Notes: generated by a model not told the origin, from the letters alone. Shown: positions 38,423 to 49,263, numbered from the stretch's first letter. The stretch is DNA of 64,000 bases from an uncultured Gammaproteobacteria bacterium (GCA_964612105.1 CAZTEU010000003.1:3050-67049), one strand, 5' to 3'. Numbers and translations are program-made.

Positions 38423-39811
38423 TTAATTGTTTCCTTTAATAAATGGAGAACCTACAGCTATTATATCAAATCCTGCGCTCTGTAAATCAACATATCTGTG
38501 CTGTAGCATCCTACGACCATCCATGATAAGTGGTTTTCCATTGTCCTCTGCTATCATACTATCTGCAAGACCTCTAAACTGTGGCCAGTCAGTGGCAATA
38601 ACAACAACGTCAACTCCTTGGGTTGCATCAAACTCATGATTGAAATATTCAATGTTTGTTAGATTTTCAAAATTCTTTTTAAACCATGGCATTCCAGCTG
38701 GATCATATACATGGATTTTAGAAGCCCGTTTTTCTTGAAGAAAATTAACTATATCTATGCTAGGTGAGTTACGTATATCGTTTGTATCTCGTTTAAAGGC
38801 AGTGCCTATCAGTGCGACTGTCTTTCCAGACCAATCAAAATTAGCCTCTTTTTCTGCTCTAGACAAAAACAATTCTAGCTGTCTTTTGTTTGCTAGATAG
38901 ACCTCATTCACTAAATCTGCACTTTTCCCAGATGTCTGAAGTTGGTGAGAAAGAGAGCGCGCGTCTTTTATAAAACAACTACCACCGGCGTATAGGCTGT
39001 CGTAGAAACCCCACTTACCTATTCTTTTATCACTAACTAATACCTTTCTTATGTTCTCAAAACGTATATTTGGAAATGTCTCACTAACTCTACCAATTAC
39101 ATCAAAACATACCATAAGTTTGTTGAAAAGATAGAAATTTGCTAACAGCTTCCCAGCAGCAGCTTCTGTCGCGCTTACTTCTAAGTATGAAACATTTGGA
39201 TCATCATAGAATCTCTGATATACATTACGCATTACATCAAAATCTTCTTGTTTGTCTGCACCTACTACTACTCTGTCTGGCTTTATAGAACCATCAACAG
39301 CTTTTCCTTCTACTAAAAATTCAGGGTTAGACACTACCCCAAAGTTCTTTACACCAGCATCTTCCATTATCTGCTTGGTCTGGTCCACCATGCTAATTGG
39401 TACAGTACTCTTATTAACGATAACTATGTACTTGTTTTGTGCTCCATTATTTCTTTTCTTAAGAGCCTCAGCTAATTGAGTCGCGGCAGAGTTGTAATAG
39501 CTAAGATCACTTTCACCTGTCTCATTTATTTCTGGAGTAGGTAAGCACATGAATATAGCATCACAATCGTCCAGCTTTGATTCTACATCGGAATAGTCAT
39601 TTGTAAATTTAATATTCTCTTTATGACGAACAAGAAGATCTCCGAGTCCTTTTTCGAATAGACAAAGCTCTATTGTATCCCTATCGTTAGAGCCAAGCAT
39701 TTTTACTTTTTTTCCATCCACATCAAAAACCGTGGTTATGTGACCACTGTTTGCAGATACGGCAGCACTACATGCTCCTACGAAGCCTCCCCCTATATAG
39801 AGAATATTCAT
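38423..39811 (-). CDS. ugd: UDP-glucose/GDP-mannose 6-dehydrogenase family protein
   Basis: GGGFVG, CLPTP, NKSTVP, SNPEFL.EG, GGSCFIKD, FKRDTNDIRNSP. Confidence 0.88.
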   Translation of the reverse strand: MNILYIGGGFVGACSAAVSANSGHITTVFDVDGKKVKMLGSNDRDTIELCLFEKGLGDLLVRHKENIKFTNDYSDVESKLDDCDAIFMCLPTPEINETGESDLSYYNSAATQLAEALKKRNNGAQNKYIVIVNKSTVPISMVDQTKQIMEDAGVKNFGVVSNPEFLVEGKAVDGSIKPDRVVVGADKQEDFDVMRNVYQRFYDDPNVSYLEVSATEAAAGKLLANFYLFNKLMVCFDVIGRVSETFPNIRFENIRKVLVSDKRIGKWGFYDSLYAGGSCFIKDARSLSHQLQTSGKSADLVNEVYLANKRQLELFLSRAEKEANFDWSGKTVALIGTAFKRDTNDIRNSPSIDIVNFLQEKRASKIHVYDPAGMPWFKKNFENLTNIEYFNHEFDATQGVDVVVIATDWPQFRGLADSMIAEDNGKPLIMDGRRMLQHRYVDLQSAGFDIIAVGSPFIKGNN

Positions 39812-39873
39812 AATCGCTAATATTAATCCGCTTTATTTTAACCTATTTTCTATGTTAATGCCACACCCTATAG

Positions 39874-40935
39874 TCATCTGTACTCACCAAGATCAAGTAT
39901 GGGCTGTTCATTTTGTAACATTTTTTCTATTTCTTCCACACTAATTTTATCTTGCTCCTTGGTTGAGTATTCACTTTGCATAGCTTTTTTCATATCTGGA
40001 TAGTGGGTAGGTATATTATCCCCATCCGCACCAACAACAGGAGTCACCACGAACATATCATCTGCTTCAAGCGCGTACTCAGCCTCCTCGCCACTCAATA
40101 ATTTCTCATGCACTCTTTCACCTGACTTTTTTCCTATAATATCTATTCTTATTTGTTCAGGTTTGTAACCAAATCTTGGGGCATATACATTAATCATTGC
40201 TTGAGCTAAATCTTTTATATATAGGGCAGGCATTTTTAGTATGAATATTTCTCTATCACGCATCATGCGAGTGGCCTTAAATACTAACTCAACCGTTGAA
40301 GAGAGTGGCATGAAAAATCTAGTCATAGACAAGTCTGTTATTGTAACAGGGCCACCATTTTTAATTTGTTTATACCACAAAGGAAGAACAGACCCACGAC
40401 TCCATAATACATTTCCAAAACGTACAAAACTAAATTTAGTTTTTTTAAAACCTTTGTAATGGTAAGAAGCTAACATTATTTTTTCAGCAAGTGCTTTGGT
40501 GCAGCCCATTACGTTAGAAGGATCAGTAGCTTTGTCTGTGGAAATACCGACCACCTTTTCTACATTTTGTGCAAAAGCACAATCTATAAGATTTTGAGTT
40601 CCTAATACATTTGTTCTTACAGCCTCAAACGGATTTGCTTCACAAAAGACTACATGTTTTAGGGCGGCGGCATGAAATACAATGTCTATACCTTCCATAG
40701 AAAGCATAAGTCTTTCCTTATCCCTAATATCTCCAATTAAGTACCTCATTCTCAAGTCAGGACCTATACTCTGCATTAAATCGAGATGCTTCGATTCATC
40801 TCTACTGTATACACGAATTTGTTGTGGATTACACTTTAATAGTTCTTTAACAATAACAGAGCCGATTGAACCACTGCCTCCAGTTACTAAAATGCGTTTT
40901 CCTGAGAATTCTTCTACAGAATATCCTATATTCAT
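39874..40935 (-). CDS. NDP-GlcNAc 4,6-dehydratase (CapD/PseB/Polysacc_synt_2 family)
   Basis: TGGSGSIG, SRDE, HAAALKHV, ISTDKA, MGCTK, VRFGNVLWSRGSV, MTRF. Confidence 0.88.
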   Translation of the reverse strand: MNIGYSVEEFSGKRILVTGGSGSIGSVIVKELLKCNPQQIRVYSRDESKHLDLMQSIGPDLRMRYLIGDIRDKERLMLSMEGIDIVFHAAALKHVVFCEANPFEAVRTNVLGTQNLIDCAFAQNVEKVVGISTDKATDPSNVMGCTKALAEKIMLASYHYKGFKKTKFSFVRFGNVLWSRGSVLPLWYKQIKNGGPVTITDLSMTRFFMPLSSTVELVFKATRMMRDREIFILKMPALYIKDLAQAMINVYAPRFGYKPEQIRIDIIGKKSGERVHEKLLSGEEAEYALEADDMFVVTPVVGADGDNIPTHYPDMKKAMQSEYSTKEQDKISVEEIEKMLQNEQPILDLGEYR

Positions 40936-40939
40936 AAGT

Positions 40940-42046
40940 TTACTTTATTTTTCTGACAAGCTCAGATACTATTATTTGTATGTCTTCTTCATTTAATCCC
41001 ACATAAAATGGCAGGGCCAATGATCTATCACTTATTCCTTCCGAGATTGGAAAATCACCGCGACCATATCCAAATCTTTTTTTGTACATATCAAACAAAT
41101 GGATGGAAGGTAAATATGGTTTTGTTGAAATACCACTCTTTTCCATAGATTCAATCACAGATATCCTGTCTGCACCGTTCAATATTTCCACAGTGTACAC
41201 AAACCAAGTGTTTGTGTTCCACTCCTTGGTCTTAGGAGTGCGTATAATATCGGAATAAGGTGCTAGTGCACTGGTATACCATGATGCTACCTCTCTTCTT
41301 TTCTCTATGAGGTAATCGCTTCTTTTAAGCTGCTCTACACCCATAGCAGCACTCATCTCATCCATTCGATAATTGTAGCCTAATTGAGTATGATCAAGCC
41401 AGCGCATATTAACACCTCTACCTTGGTTAGTCAAGCTACGACAATTTGATGCAAATTCTGAACTATCTGTACAAATCATACCCCCCTCACCCGTGGTAAT
41501 TTGCTTATTTGGATAAAAAGCAAACACACTTGATAATCCAAAAGTACCAACATTCTTATTTTTGTATTGTGCAAGCAGAGATTCACAGGCATCTTCAATA
41601 ACAATTAGATTATTACGTTCAGCTATATCTAATATCGAATCCATATCTGCAGATTGACCAAAAATATGAACAGGCAAGATAGCTTTCGTCTTCGGCGTAA
41701 TAGCACTCTCAATAAGGGTTGGGTCTATGTTATATGAGGTTGGATCTATATCTACAAAAACCGGCTTTGCGCCAACATATAACATACAATTGGCAGATGC
41801 AATAAAAGAAAATGGAGTTGTTATTACCTCATCTCCTGGTTTAATTCCAGCAGATAACATACTCAAATGCAGACCAGCTGTTCCACTACTGACTGCTACA
41901 GCAAATTTTGTCCCCACCTTTGACGCAAAAGATTTTTCAAACTCTTCTATCTTTGGACCCAGACTAAGTCTACCAGAATCAAGAACGCTCATTACAGCTT
42001 CTTTTTCTTCTGATCCTATGTAAGGTTTTGCTAAGGAATATCTCAT
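40940..42046 (-). CDS. DegT/DnrJ family PLP sugar aminotransferase
   Basis: SSGTAGLH, IEDACE, AFYPNKQITTGEGG, GYNYRM. Confidence 0.92.
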   Translation of the reverse strand: MRYSLAKPYIGSEEKEAVMSVLDSGRLSLGPKIEEFEKSFASKVGTKFAVAVSSGTAGLHLSMLSAGIKPGDEVITTPFSFIASANCMLYVGAKPVFVDIDPTSYNIDPTLIESAITPKTKAILPVHIFGQSADMDSILDIAERNNLIVIEDACESLLAQYKNKNVGTFGLSSVFAFYPNKQITTGEGGMICTDSSEFASNCRSLTNQGRGVNMRWLDHTQLGYNYRMDEMSAAMGVEQLKRSDYLIEKRREVASWYTSALAPYSDIIRTPKTKEWNTNTWFVYTVEILNGADRISVIESMEKSGISTKPYLPSIHLFDMYKKRFGYGRGDFPISEGISDRSLALPFYVGLNEEDIQIIVSELVRKIK

Positions 42047-42048
42047 AT

Positions 42049-43008
42049 TTAGTTTGTTGGGCTAGTTATAAAAAACCTAGTACCCATTCTTATGTACTCA
42101 CTTGCCGGTTTTTCAATACTACCAACAATAACAGAATTAATTGTAATGTATCCGTCCTTCGTAGTTACTTTAACTCCACCTTGCTCAGTCTTTCCAAAAA
42201 CAATTCCACCAACTGGAGATATTCTAGTAGTATCTTTAGGTAGCTCTACCTTTTGAAAAATGACTTTTTTCTTTTTTGTATATGCAAACGCTCCTGGATA
42301 AGGACTGGTCTGGGCACGTATCCAGTTATATACATCTTTTGTGTTGGAATTAAAATTTGTAACACCATCCGCTTCTGTACGTTTTGGAAAATACCACCCA
42401 TCGTAGGGGTTTTGTTTTGTTGGATTTACTGTATTATTCTCTATCTGACTTACAGCTTCGCACACTGCCTCAGGAAAGACTCCTAAAATCTTCTTTAGAA
42501 CATCGCTTGCATAATCACTTTCTTCTATAGAAAATTTCTTTTGTAAAATTATGTCTCCCGTATCTATAGTCTCATCAACAAAGTGAACAGTTACAGCACC
42601 TTCTTTTTCCCCATTTATTATACTCCAAGCAATGGGAGCACGCCCCCTATATCTTGGCAGTGGCGCTCCATGGGCATTTATTATTGTATATCTATTAATT
42701 AACTCTTTTTTTATTATTTGGTGATATGATGCAGATATAAGAATTTCAGGACTAAGATTTTCAATCTCACGCATGGACTCTTCTGCGTTTATATTTTCTG
42801 GTTGGAGAACCTTCAATCCCTTTTTTATTGCATAATCCTTTAAAGACATGTATAAACCTTCTGTTTCAAGCTTATTGTAAAACTCATTTTCTTTATTATC
42901 AAATTCATCAGTCTCACACACAACACCAATAACATTATGACCCCTGCTCAAAAGGGCATCTAATGTCAGGCAGGCCCACTTTCCATTTCCCATTAATAAA
43001 ACTTTCAT
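42049..43008 (-). CDS. Sugar N-formyltransferase (Fmt-like)
   Basis: NAHGAPLPRYRGRAPI, IDTGDII, IRAQTSPYPGAF; lies between the aminotransferase and neuC. Confidence 0.85.
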   Translation of the reverse strand: MKVLLMGNGKWACLTLDALLSRGHNVIGVVCETDEFDNKENEFYNKLETEGLYMSLKDYAIKKGLKVLQPENINAEESMREIENLSPEILISASYHQIIKKELINRYTIINAHGAPLPRYRGRAPIAWSIINGEKEGAVTVHFVDETIDTGDIILQKKFSIEESDYASDVLKKILGVFPEAVCEAVSQIENNTVNPTKQNPYDGWYFPKRTEADGVTNFNSNTKDVYNWIRAQTSPYPGAFAYTKKKKVIFQKVELPKDTTRISPVGGIVFGKTEQGGVKVTTKDGYITINSVIVGSIEKPASEYIRMGTRFFITSPTN

Positions 43009-43017
43009 AAATGCTAA

Positions 43018-44184
43018 TTAGTAAGTTATTTTTTTGTCTATTAATTTTTTATCCAAAGACAATTCAGTAAGAATGTCAGCAATTTGTTTTCCAGCAGTCC
43101 CGTCTCCATAAGGATTTTTGCACACTTCAACTTTCTTTTTAAAATCTTCATCTTTAATTGACATATTTATAGCTTTTTCAATATCATCTAAATTGTGGTC
43201 AGTGTGTATCACATTTTCAGCGCGCTCCCTGCCCTTTTGTCTATTTCCAATATCAACAACAGGAGTCTTAAGACTTGGAGCCTCCAATATACCACTGCTC
43301 GAATTCCCAACTAATACTGAAGTGTATTTTATTAGACTTAGATAATTAATACGATCAAGATTTTTAAATACATGAACCCAATCCTCATTCTCCACTTTTT
43401 TTATGATATTAATTATTTGTGAACTACCAGAATCAGCATTTGGGTATATCAATACAACTGGTAATCCAATTTTTCTTAAAGCACTTATAGTGGTGGTATA
43501 TTGCTCTGCAGCACTTTTTGTCTCAGACGTTACAGGGTGTTGAACAAATACGATATAATTTTCTTGCTCACTTATTGGTAAATCAAGTACACTCATTAGA
43601 GTTCTTTTATCAGGAAATTTCTCATTCAATAATAGATCAAGACCTGGGGCTCCTACATTATGGACTCTCCACGGCTCTTCCCCCAAATTAATGATTCTAT
43701 CAGCACTTTGTTTTGAAACTGGAAAATGTATGTGAGATAATTTTGTGGTAGCATGACGAACAGAATCATCAATACAACCAGACACATCGCCACCGTGAAC
43801 ATGTGCCACTGGAATGTTCATATGAGACGCAGCTATAGCAGATGCTAAAGTAAAACCTAAATCAGTCATAGCTATAACAATATCTGGTCTATCTTCCTCA
43901 AAAAGCCTAGTGAGCCCTTGTATGCACAGAGCTATGCTATCTGCCATATCCCTACCTGTTGTTCTTTCGTCATGATTAGTCTCTATTATTGATGCAATTG
44001 TAAAACCATCTTCACGAATTAAATCTAATGTGCGTCCATACTTTTTCAAAAGGTGCATACCTGTGACAACAAGCTGTAATTCCAAATGTGGATTATTTTC
44101 TATAGCCTTAAGAATTGGGTAACTGAGTCCATATTCTGCTCTCGTTCCACTAACTAAACAAATTTTCTTTTTCATTGATGACAT
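43018..44184 (-). CDS. neuC: Hydrolysing UDP-sugar 2-epimerase (NeuC/LegG)
   Basis: GTRAEYGL, VTGMHL, HVHGGD, RHATTKLSHIHF, GNSSSG, GNRQKGR, NPYGDG. Confidence 0.92.
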   Translation of the reverse strand: MSSMKKKICLVSGTRAEYGLSYPILKAIENNPHLELQLVVTGMHLLKKYGRTLDLIREDGFTIASIIETNHDERTTGRDMADSIALCIQGLTRLFEEDRPDIVIAMTDLGFTLASAIAASHMNIPVAHVHGGDVSGCIDDSVRHATTKLSHIHFPVSKQSADRIINLGEEPWRVHNVGAPGLDLLLNEKFPDKRTLMSVLDLPISEQENYIVFVQHPVTSETKSAAEQYTTTISALRKIGLPVVLIYPNADSGSSQIINIIKKVENEDWVHVFKNLDRINYLSLIKYTSVLVGNSSSGILEAPSLKTPVVDIGNRQKGRERAENVIHTDHNLDDIEKAINMSIKDEDFKKKVEVCKNPYGDGTAGKQIADILTELSLDKKLIDKKITY

Positions 44185-44192
44185 ATTTATTT

Positions 44193-45242
44193 CTATTCAA
44201 AATATTCCTTACTCAGGAGTGTATCTTCCTCTATTCTTTTAGTTACAGTCTTGCCCAGAACTAAGTGTATGTCTGTTGGCGGTATTCCAGTACCTGGTCT
44301 TTTTATTGTTATTAGATCTTCAGAAATAACAGTACCCGGATCCATGGCAACTTTTGCAATAATACTTTTCCTTGCCACATCTCTTGTATCTATCTCTTCT
44401 TGTGAACACAACTTTTTGTCAGTACCAAGCATTGCCTCACTTTGTCTTATTGCGAATACCATTTCTTTAAGCTCTTCCGGATTAAGTGACGCAGCGTGGT
44501 CTGGTCCGTCCATGTCCTTATCTAGAGTAAAATGTTTCTCAATTACACATGCACCCAAAGAGGTTGCTATTATGTCTGCATATACACCTTTACTATGATC
44601 CGAATATCCTACTAAAGCGTCAATTTCCTCTTTCATTCTACTAATTGCTTTCATATTTAGACTATCTTCCTTTGCTGGATAGTTTGATGTGCAGTGCAAA
44701 AATATCAAATCAGCGTTTCCACTCTCTTTTATTATATTGAAAGAGTCGTGCACCTCCTTCATAGTAGACATACCAGTAGAAACAATCATAGGCTTCCCTT
44801 TTTTAGCAATGTGTTTAAGATAGGGAAAATTGTTAATCTCTCCAGATGGTATCTTATATGCATCAACACCCAAGGAATCCAAAAAATTCGCATCTTCTAC
44901 AGAAAAGGGTGCGGACAGAAATATTACCCCCTTTTCTTCACAGTAAGCTTTCAAAATTCCATGATAGCTGTCTTTTAACTCTAATCTTTTCAACATATCA
45001 AACTGAGTCTCATTTCTTCCAATATTTTTTTTCTGATACTTGGCTTGTTTAGCTGATTTTGTGACCAAGTGTTCCGCTTTAAAAGTTTGAAACTTAACAG
45101 CATCAACACCAGCTTCCAGAGCAGCATCTATTAGACGTTTAGCAATTTCCAAATCGCCATTATGATTAACACCAGCCTCCGCAATTATAAACACAGGATA
45201 TCCGTCGCCAATCATTTTATTTCCTATTTTTATCTGTCTCAT
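44193..45242 (-). CDS. neuB: Nonulosonic acid synthase (NeuB/LegI) with C-terminal SAF domain
   Basis: IIAEAGVNHNGD, DAVKFQTF, KIPSGE, HCTSNYP, GYSDH, IEKHFT, KRPGTGI. Confidence 0.94.
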   Translation of the reverse strand: MRQIKIGNKMIGDGYPVFIIAEAGVNHNGDLEIAKRLIDAALEAGVDAVKFQTFKAEHLVTKSAKQAKYQKKNIGRNETQFDMLKRLELKDSYHGILKAYCEEKGVIFLSAPFSVEDANFLDSLGVDAYKIPSGEINNFPYLKHIAKKGKPMIVSTGMSTMKEVHDSFNIIKESGNADLIFLHCTSNYPAKEDSLNMKAISRMKEEIDALVGYSDHSKGVYADIIATSLGACVIEKHFTLDKDMDGPDHAASLNPEELKEMVFAIRQSEAMLGTDKKLCSQEEIDTRDVARKSIIAKVAMDPGTVISEDLITIKRPGTGIPPTDIHLVLGKTVTKRIEEDTLLSKEYFE

Positions 45243-45244
45243 AC

Positions 45245-46279
45245 TTATCCTAATTTGTTTAGTAATTTTCTACTACCATCTTTGTTGCTTTCTTCGAGTG
45301 CAAATAGTGTTTTTAAGAGAGCATGATCTTCCTCAAAAGAGTATGGATATTTTTTTTGATCTAAAATAGCATCCAAAAATACAGACATCTCTTCCCTATA
45401 CATATCCTCTGTAGTTACATAATTTTTTTCGTTTTCACCCTTTTTCAGATTGATTGACTCCCACTCTTGCTTGAGTGAATCATACACACGTATTTTATAG
45501 TCCTGCCATTCCCAATCAAGAATCCCGTTTTCTCCGACTAGCCTGAGAGTTCTAAAAGGATATCTGGATAACACGTCGATTACTATATTACCAATAATCC
45601 CAGAATCAAACTCTACAATTGAGGCAAAATAATCGTCTGCTGACATATCCAAGTCGGATAAAGAACTTACAACACCTTGAACTGAAGAAGGTTTAGAATT
45701 TAATACATCAGTCAGCCAAATAAGCTCAAAAGGGAACATTTCTCTACAAGCCCCTGTTTCTTTCTTTGAAAAGTAAACTTCTCTATAATCCTCCCACGGA
45801 TGCCAGTCAGGTAAATACTGCCCCATATGATACTGAAATGATAGTATCTTACCCAGCTTTCCAGATGCTACAATCTTTTTAATCTCCTTTATTGCAGGAA
45901 AATACCTAAATGTATGTGATGGGGCGGATACAAATGACCCGTCTAAAAGACCATATAATTCATCATACCCATCATCCACCGTCGTAACTTCCACAAAAAA
46001 ATGTTTTTTCTTTCTTGCGGCTCTTAAAAAATAGTCACTATGCTTGTTTGGTGGAGTCGAGATAATATAAACATCAGGATTGAATTCCAACTCAGCTTCC
46101 TCGAGTGAGGTGCTAGTTTTAACACCAAATATTTCCTCCACCTCTTTACACCTATCGGCGGACAAATCAAATCCAAAAATATTATCACTTTTTATTCCAT
46201 GAAATAGTAAATTGCGGATACGCCTCTTTCCCATTGACCCTAGTCCGATTTGCACAAATTTAAAATCACTTATTTCCAT
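45245..46279 (-). CDS. Gfo/Idh/MocA oxidoreductase
   Basis: GLGSMGKR, ISTPP, GQYLPDWHPWEDYR. Confidence 0.85.
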   Translation of the reverse strand: MEISDFKFVQIGLGSMGKRRIRNLLFHGIKSDNIFGFDLSADRCKEVEEIFGVKTSTSLEEAELEFNPDVYIISTPPNKHSDYFLRAARKKKHFFVEVTTVDDGYDELYGLLDGSFVSAPSHTFRYFPAIKEIKKIVASGKLGKILSFQYHMGQYLPDWHPWEDYREVYFSKKETGACREMFPFELIWLTDVLNSKPSSVQGVVSSLSDLDMSADDYFASIVEFDSGIIGNIVIDVLSRYPFRTLRLVGENGILDWEWQDYKIRVYDSLKQEWESINLKKGENEKNYVTTEDMYREEMSVFLDAILDQKKYPYSFEEDHALLKTLFALEESNKDGSRKLLNKLG

Positions 46280-47204
46280 ACTTTTTTATTTTGTAAATGA
46301 TTTTCATATCGTGGATTGCCTCATCAATGTTTGTAAAAAATTCTCCAGACTCTAGCTTTTTTAGGAAGTTAATTACTTCCTCTTTGTACATGTCATTTCT
46401 CAATGACGAAACATTCTCTATTTCTCTTCCATTATCTTTCTGAACAGTAATTATTCCAGAATTGGAATCCCAAAGAATACTTCCTTTTTCACCAGAAATC
46501 TCCAAAGAACGCCTTGAGGGAACTCTTACGCAGTCCTGATGAACTGAAACTTTAATCCCAGACTCACTTACTAAATTAATTTCTGTAAAATCTTCCACAT
46601 CAGTTTTGAGATCAGAAATGTGATCAACAACAGAATTTACGTATTCAAGCTTCTCTTGTATCATCCATGATGGATAGTTTATGTCGTGAACAAGATCCAG
46701 AACCACCCCACCACCTTCAGTCTTTTTAGAAGAATAGCAATTTTCATAACTTCTCTTTCTCCAACTTCTCAAGTCCTGCCCAACAAAAGCTCTAATATAA
46801 TATACATTGCCAATTTCTGACTGATTAATAATTTCTTTTATTCTAATAAACGGTTCAAAGAGCTGAAAATTATAGCCTAGCCAAAAACTTATACTGTTTT
46901 CCTCTAATTTCGTTCTTATTTCCTCTAAATTCTCCAAATTATGAGACAGTGGTTTTTCTACAAAGATCGCTTTTGGGTTCATCTTTATTGCTTTCTCAAT
47001 CGTACTAATGTGACTAGCAGTCTCATTCGTAACAAAAATAGCTTCAAGAGGACCTTTTTCCTCCAGCTCTTTCCAGTTTGCTACACAGGTGAAATCAGAA
47101 ACATCACTACGACTTGTAAGAACTATGACTTCATGTGACAATTCTTTTAGATTTTGAGCATGTCTGGACCCTATTGATCCAAATCCTATGAGTCCTATCT
47201 TCAT
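46266..47204 (-). CDS. Gfo/Idh/MocA oxidoreductase (PtmF/ElaA-like)
   Basis: IGFGSIGSRH, FVEKPLS, GGGVVLDLVHDINY. Confidence 0.87.
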   Translation of the reverse strand: MKIGLIGFGSIGSRHAQNLKELSHEVIVLTSRSDVSDFTCVANWKELEEKGPLEAIFVTNETASHISTIEKAIKMNPKAIFVEKPLSHNLENLEEIRTKLEENSISFWLGYNFQLFEPFIRIKEIINQSEIGNVYYIRAFVGQDLRSWRKRSYENCYSSKKTEGGGVVLDLVHDINYPSWMIQEKLEYVNSVVDHISDLKTDVEDFTEINLVSESGIKVSVHQDCVRVPSRRSLEISGEKGSILWDSNSGIITVQKDNGREIENVSSLRNDMYKEEVINFLKKLESGEFFTNIDEAIHDMKIIYKIKKYGNK

Positions 47205-47935
47205 ATTTGTTTGAATAAGCTTAACTCGCTCAATATTTTATCTTTGTTTTTAAAAAGATTTTCAGCAATTACCCAGTCTTCTGGACTATCCAAATCCACA
47301 GATCTCCACTTTGGACAGATTATAGCTTTTGTATTATCAGTAATAATTCTTTTTTCTCTTATCAAATCCTCAGTTCTAACAATATACACAAAGCACCCAT
47401 TAAGTATGTATCCAGGGCGCCACTCTTGTACATTTGTGGACTGCCCTTCATTACCATTAACTAAAATTATATTATTATCGTCATCCATGTTGTAAAAACG
47501 AGGGTGCGTAGGGCAAACTGTCAAAACCGTAGTCGCATCTGAGCTCTGCATTAAATTCCAACAATTTTCAATATCTTTCATTTCTCGCAGTGGTGATGTG
47601 GTTTGTAAAATCATTACATATTCAGGGGTATAATTTTCTGTTTCCTTTAATTTTTTCAGCAGAAATAAAATACTATCAACAACCTTTGATTTGTCCTGTG
47701 CAAGTTCTTCTGGACGAAGTCTTGGCACCTCTGCGCCATATTTACGTGCAATACTAGCTATTTCCTCCGAATCTGTATCAACAACAAGACGAGAAGAAAA
47801 AACCACGGACTTTGCTTGTCCTATAGCGTAAGCGATAAGAGGCTTTCCACAAAAATCTTTTATATTTTTTCCAGGAATCCTTTTAGACCCGCCACGTGCA
47901 GGGATTATTGTTAACACTTTTTGTTTCTCATTCAT
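47201..47935 (-). CDS. neuA: CMP-nonulosonate synthetase (acylneuraminate cytidylyltransferase) 1
   Basis: IPARGGSKRIPGKN, RPEELAQD, LQTTSPLR, SVDLD. Confidence 0.92.
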   Translation of the reverse strand: MNEKQKVLTIIPARGGSKRIPGKNIKDFCGKPLIAYAIGQAKSVVFSSRLVVDTDSEEIASIARKYGAEVPRLRPEELAQDKSKVVDSILFLLKKLKETENYTPEYVMILQTTSPLREMKDIENCWNLMQSSDATTVLTVCPTHPRFYNMDDDNNIILVNGNEGQSTNVQEWRPGYILNGCFVYIVRTEDLIREKRIITDNTKAIICPKWRSVDLDSPEDWVIAENLFKNKDKILSELSLFKQI

Positions 47936-47953
47936 AAACAGAAATGTCTTTAA

Positions 47954-49216
47954 TTATACTACTTTTTTTCTTAACACCCACTCACCATTTACTTTGTTCC
48001 ACAGATGAGGAGATCTAAAAGAATCGGTCAGTTCATTGAAGTAGTCTCTTGTCATTATAGGATTATCAAATTTTTTATAGCAATTAGGAAATTCCTTTTG
48101 GTTAATACTTAGATATTCGAAATTATCTTTCTCAAACCTGTAGGGATACTCGCCGTCAAATCTATTCACAAGCGCTACCCCTTCTTCCCTATTTATATCT
48201 CCAGAACGTATTTCTTGAGAAGCATCATATGTTGCACGACCGATACCAAACTTTATATAAGTAGTATAATAATGAAGATCATCTATCTTGTCATCTATAC
48301 TATTATATTTACTATATGTTCCTGGGGTCCTCTCTGGAGAAGCTTGAAAACCTCCGTGCTCTGATGCGTAATAATAACAACTCTGTGGGTGCCACTTTAA
48401 GTAATATCCTAAATAGTGAACTTGTGCTCCAACCTTATCCAAATCATCTGGATTTGCTGGCATGTAGGTGTGCAGGTCGTTTTTATTAAGGCCATATTCT
48501 TGTGTAAGCTCTTCCAAAGATACGCCTGCAAGATAAATTTTTGAATCATCATCTGAAGTAAAATATGACCAATCTCTTTGTGGTTTTTGACTATCGCTTA
48601 AAGGGTTTCCGTATTCAGCTTCATTCTCTCCATAAAAAATTAGAGATATATTAAACAGTGCAGCCATTTTTGGGGCTAGAGCCTTTTGCCCAATCATAAA
48701 TGGCTGGAAAGGATGAAATATATTTTCTACAGCCAATCTTGTTAAGAGTCTGTGAACTCTTGTGTTTGGTGTACAAAGATAATTGTCAAACCCTGCCCCA
48801 ATCCAGGATTGAAAATTCTTCCATCCCCAATCGGTATACATGTGCGGTGCCCATGTTACAGTCAAAGGGTTCATTCCATATTTGTATTTCAGTATATGAG
48901 ATGCATAGAAACTGTCCTTTCCCCCAGATCCAGGTAAAATACAATCAAAACTCCCATCGTTCTTTCGAAATCTATTGCATAGCTCTATTAGCTCTTTCTC
49001 TCTGTCATCCCAATTTATATTCTTCTTACTCTCTGCAACATGACACGCGTCACAAATACCATTCTCATCAAAATTGATAGTTCCTTTCTTAGTCTTACTT
49101 GTATGCTTATATTCAACCGCTGAGTTTGGTCTCTGGTTTGATATTACACACTTCTTGCAAAAAAAGACATCTTTTGGAAGTCCGTATTTTGCCTCAATCA
49201 AGGGTAAATTTTCCAT
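47954..49216 (-). CDS. N-acetyl sugar amidotransferase (WbuX/PseA/PtmG-like, acetamidino-forming) 1
   Basis: FCKKCVISNQRP, PP-loop PGSGGKDS, YGENEAEYG, SIDDK, KFGIGRA; alternative ATG at 49228. Confidence 0.88.
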   Translation of the reverse strand: MENLPLIEAKYGLPKDVFFCKKCVISNQRPNSAVEYKHTSKTKKGTINFDENGICDACHVAESKKNINWDDREKELIELCNRFRKNDGSFDCILPGSGGKDSFYASHILKYKYGMNPLTVTWAPHMYTDWGWKNFQSWIGAGFDNYLCTPNTRVHRLLTRLAVENIFHPFQPFMIGQKALAPKMAALFNISLIFYGENEAEYGNPLSDSQKPQRDWSYFTSDDDSKIYLAGVSLEELTQEYGLNKNDLHTYMPANPDDLDKVGAQVHYLGYYLKWHPQSCYYYASEHGGFQASPERTPGTYSKYNSIDDKIDDLHYYTTYIKFGIGRATYDASQEIRSGDINREEGVALVNRFDGEYPYRFEKDNFEYLSINQKEFPNCYKKFDNPIMTRDYFNELTDSFRSPHLWNKVNGEWVLRKKVV

Positions 49217-49263
49217 AAATATAGACATTAAAAAATACCTAATAAACAAAAGTAGGTATAAGT

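Noticed and set aside
42049-43008. Methionyl-tRNA formyltransferase (fmt)
   Set aside because: Embedded between neuC and a sugar aminotransferase, with no def nearby and no FMGTP N-terminus
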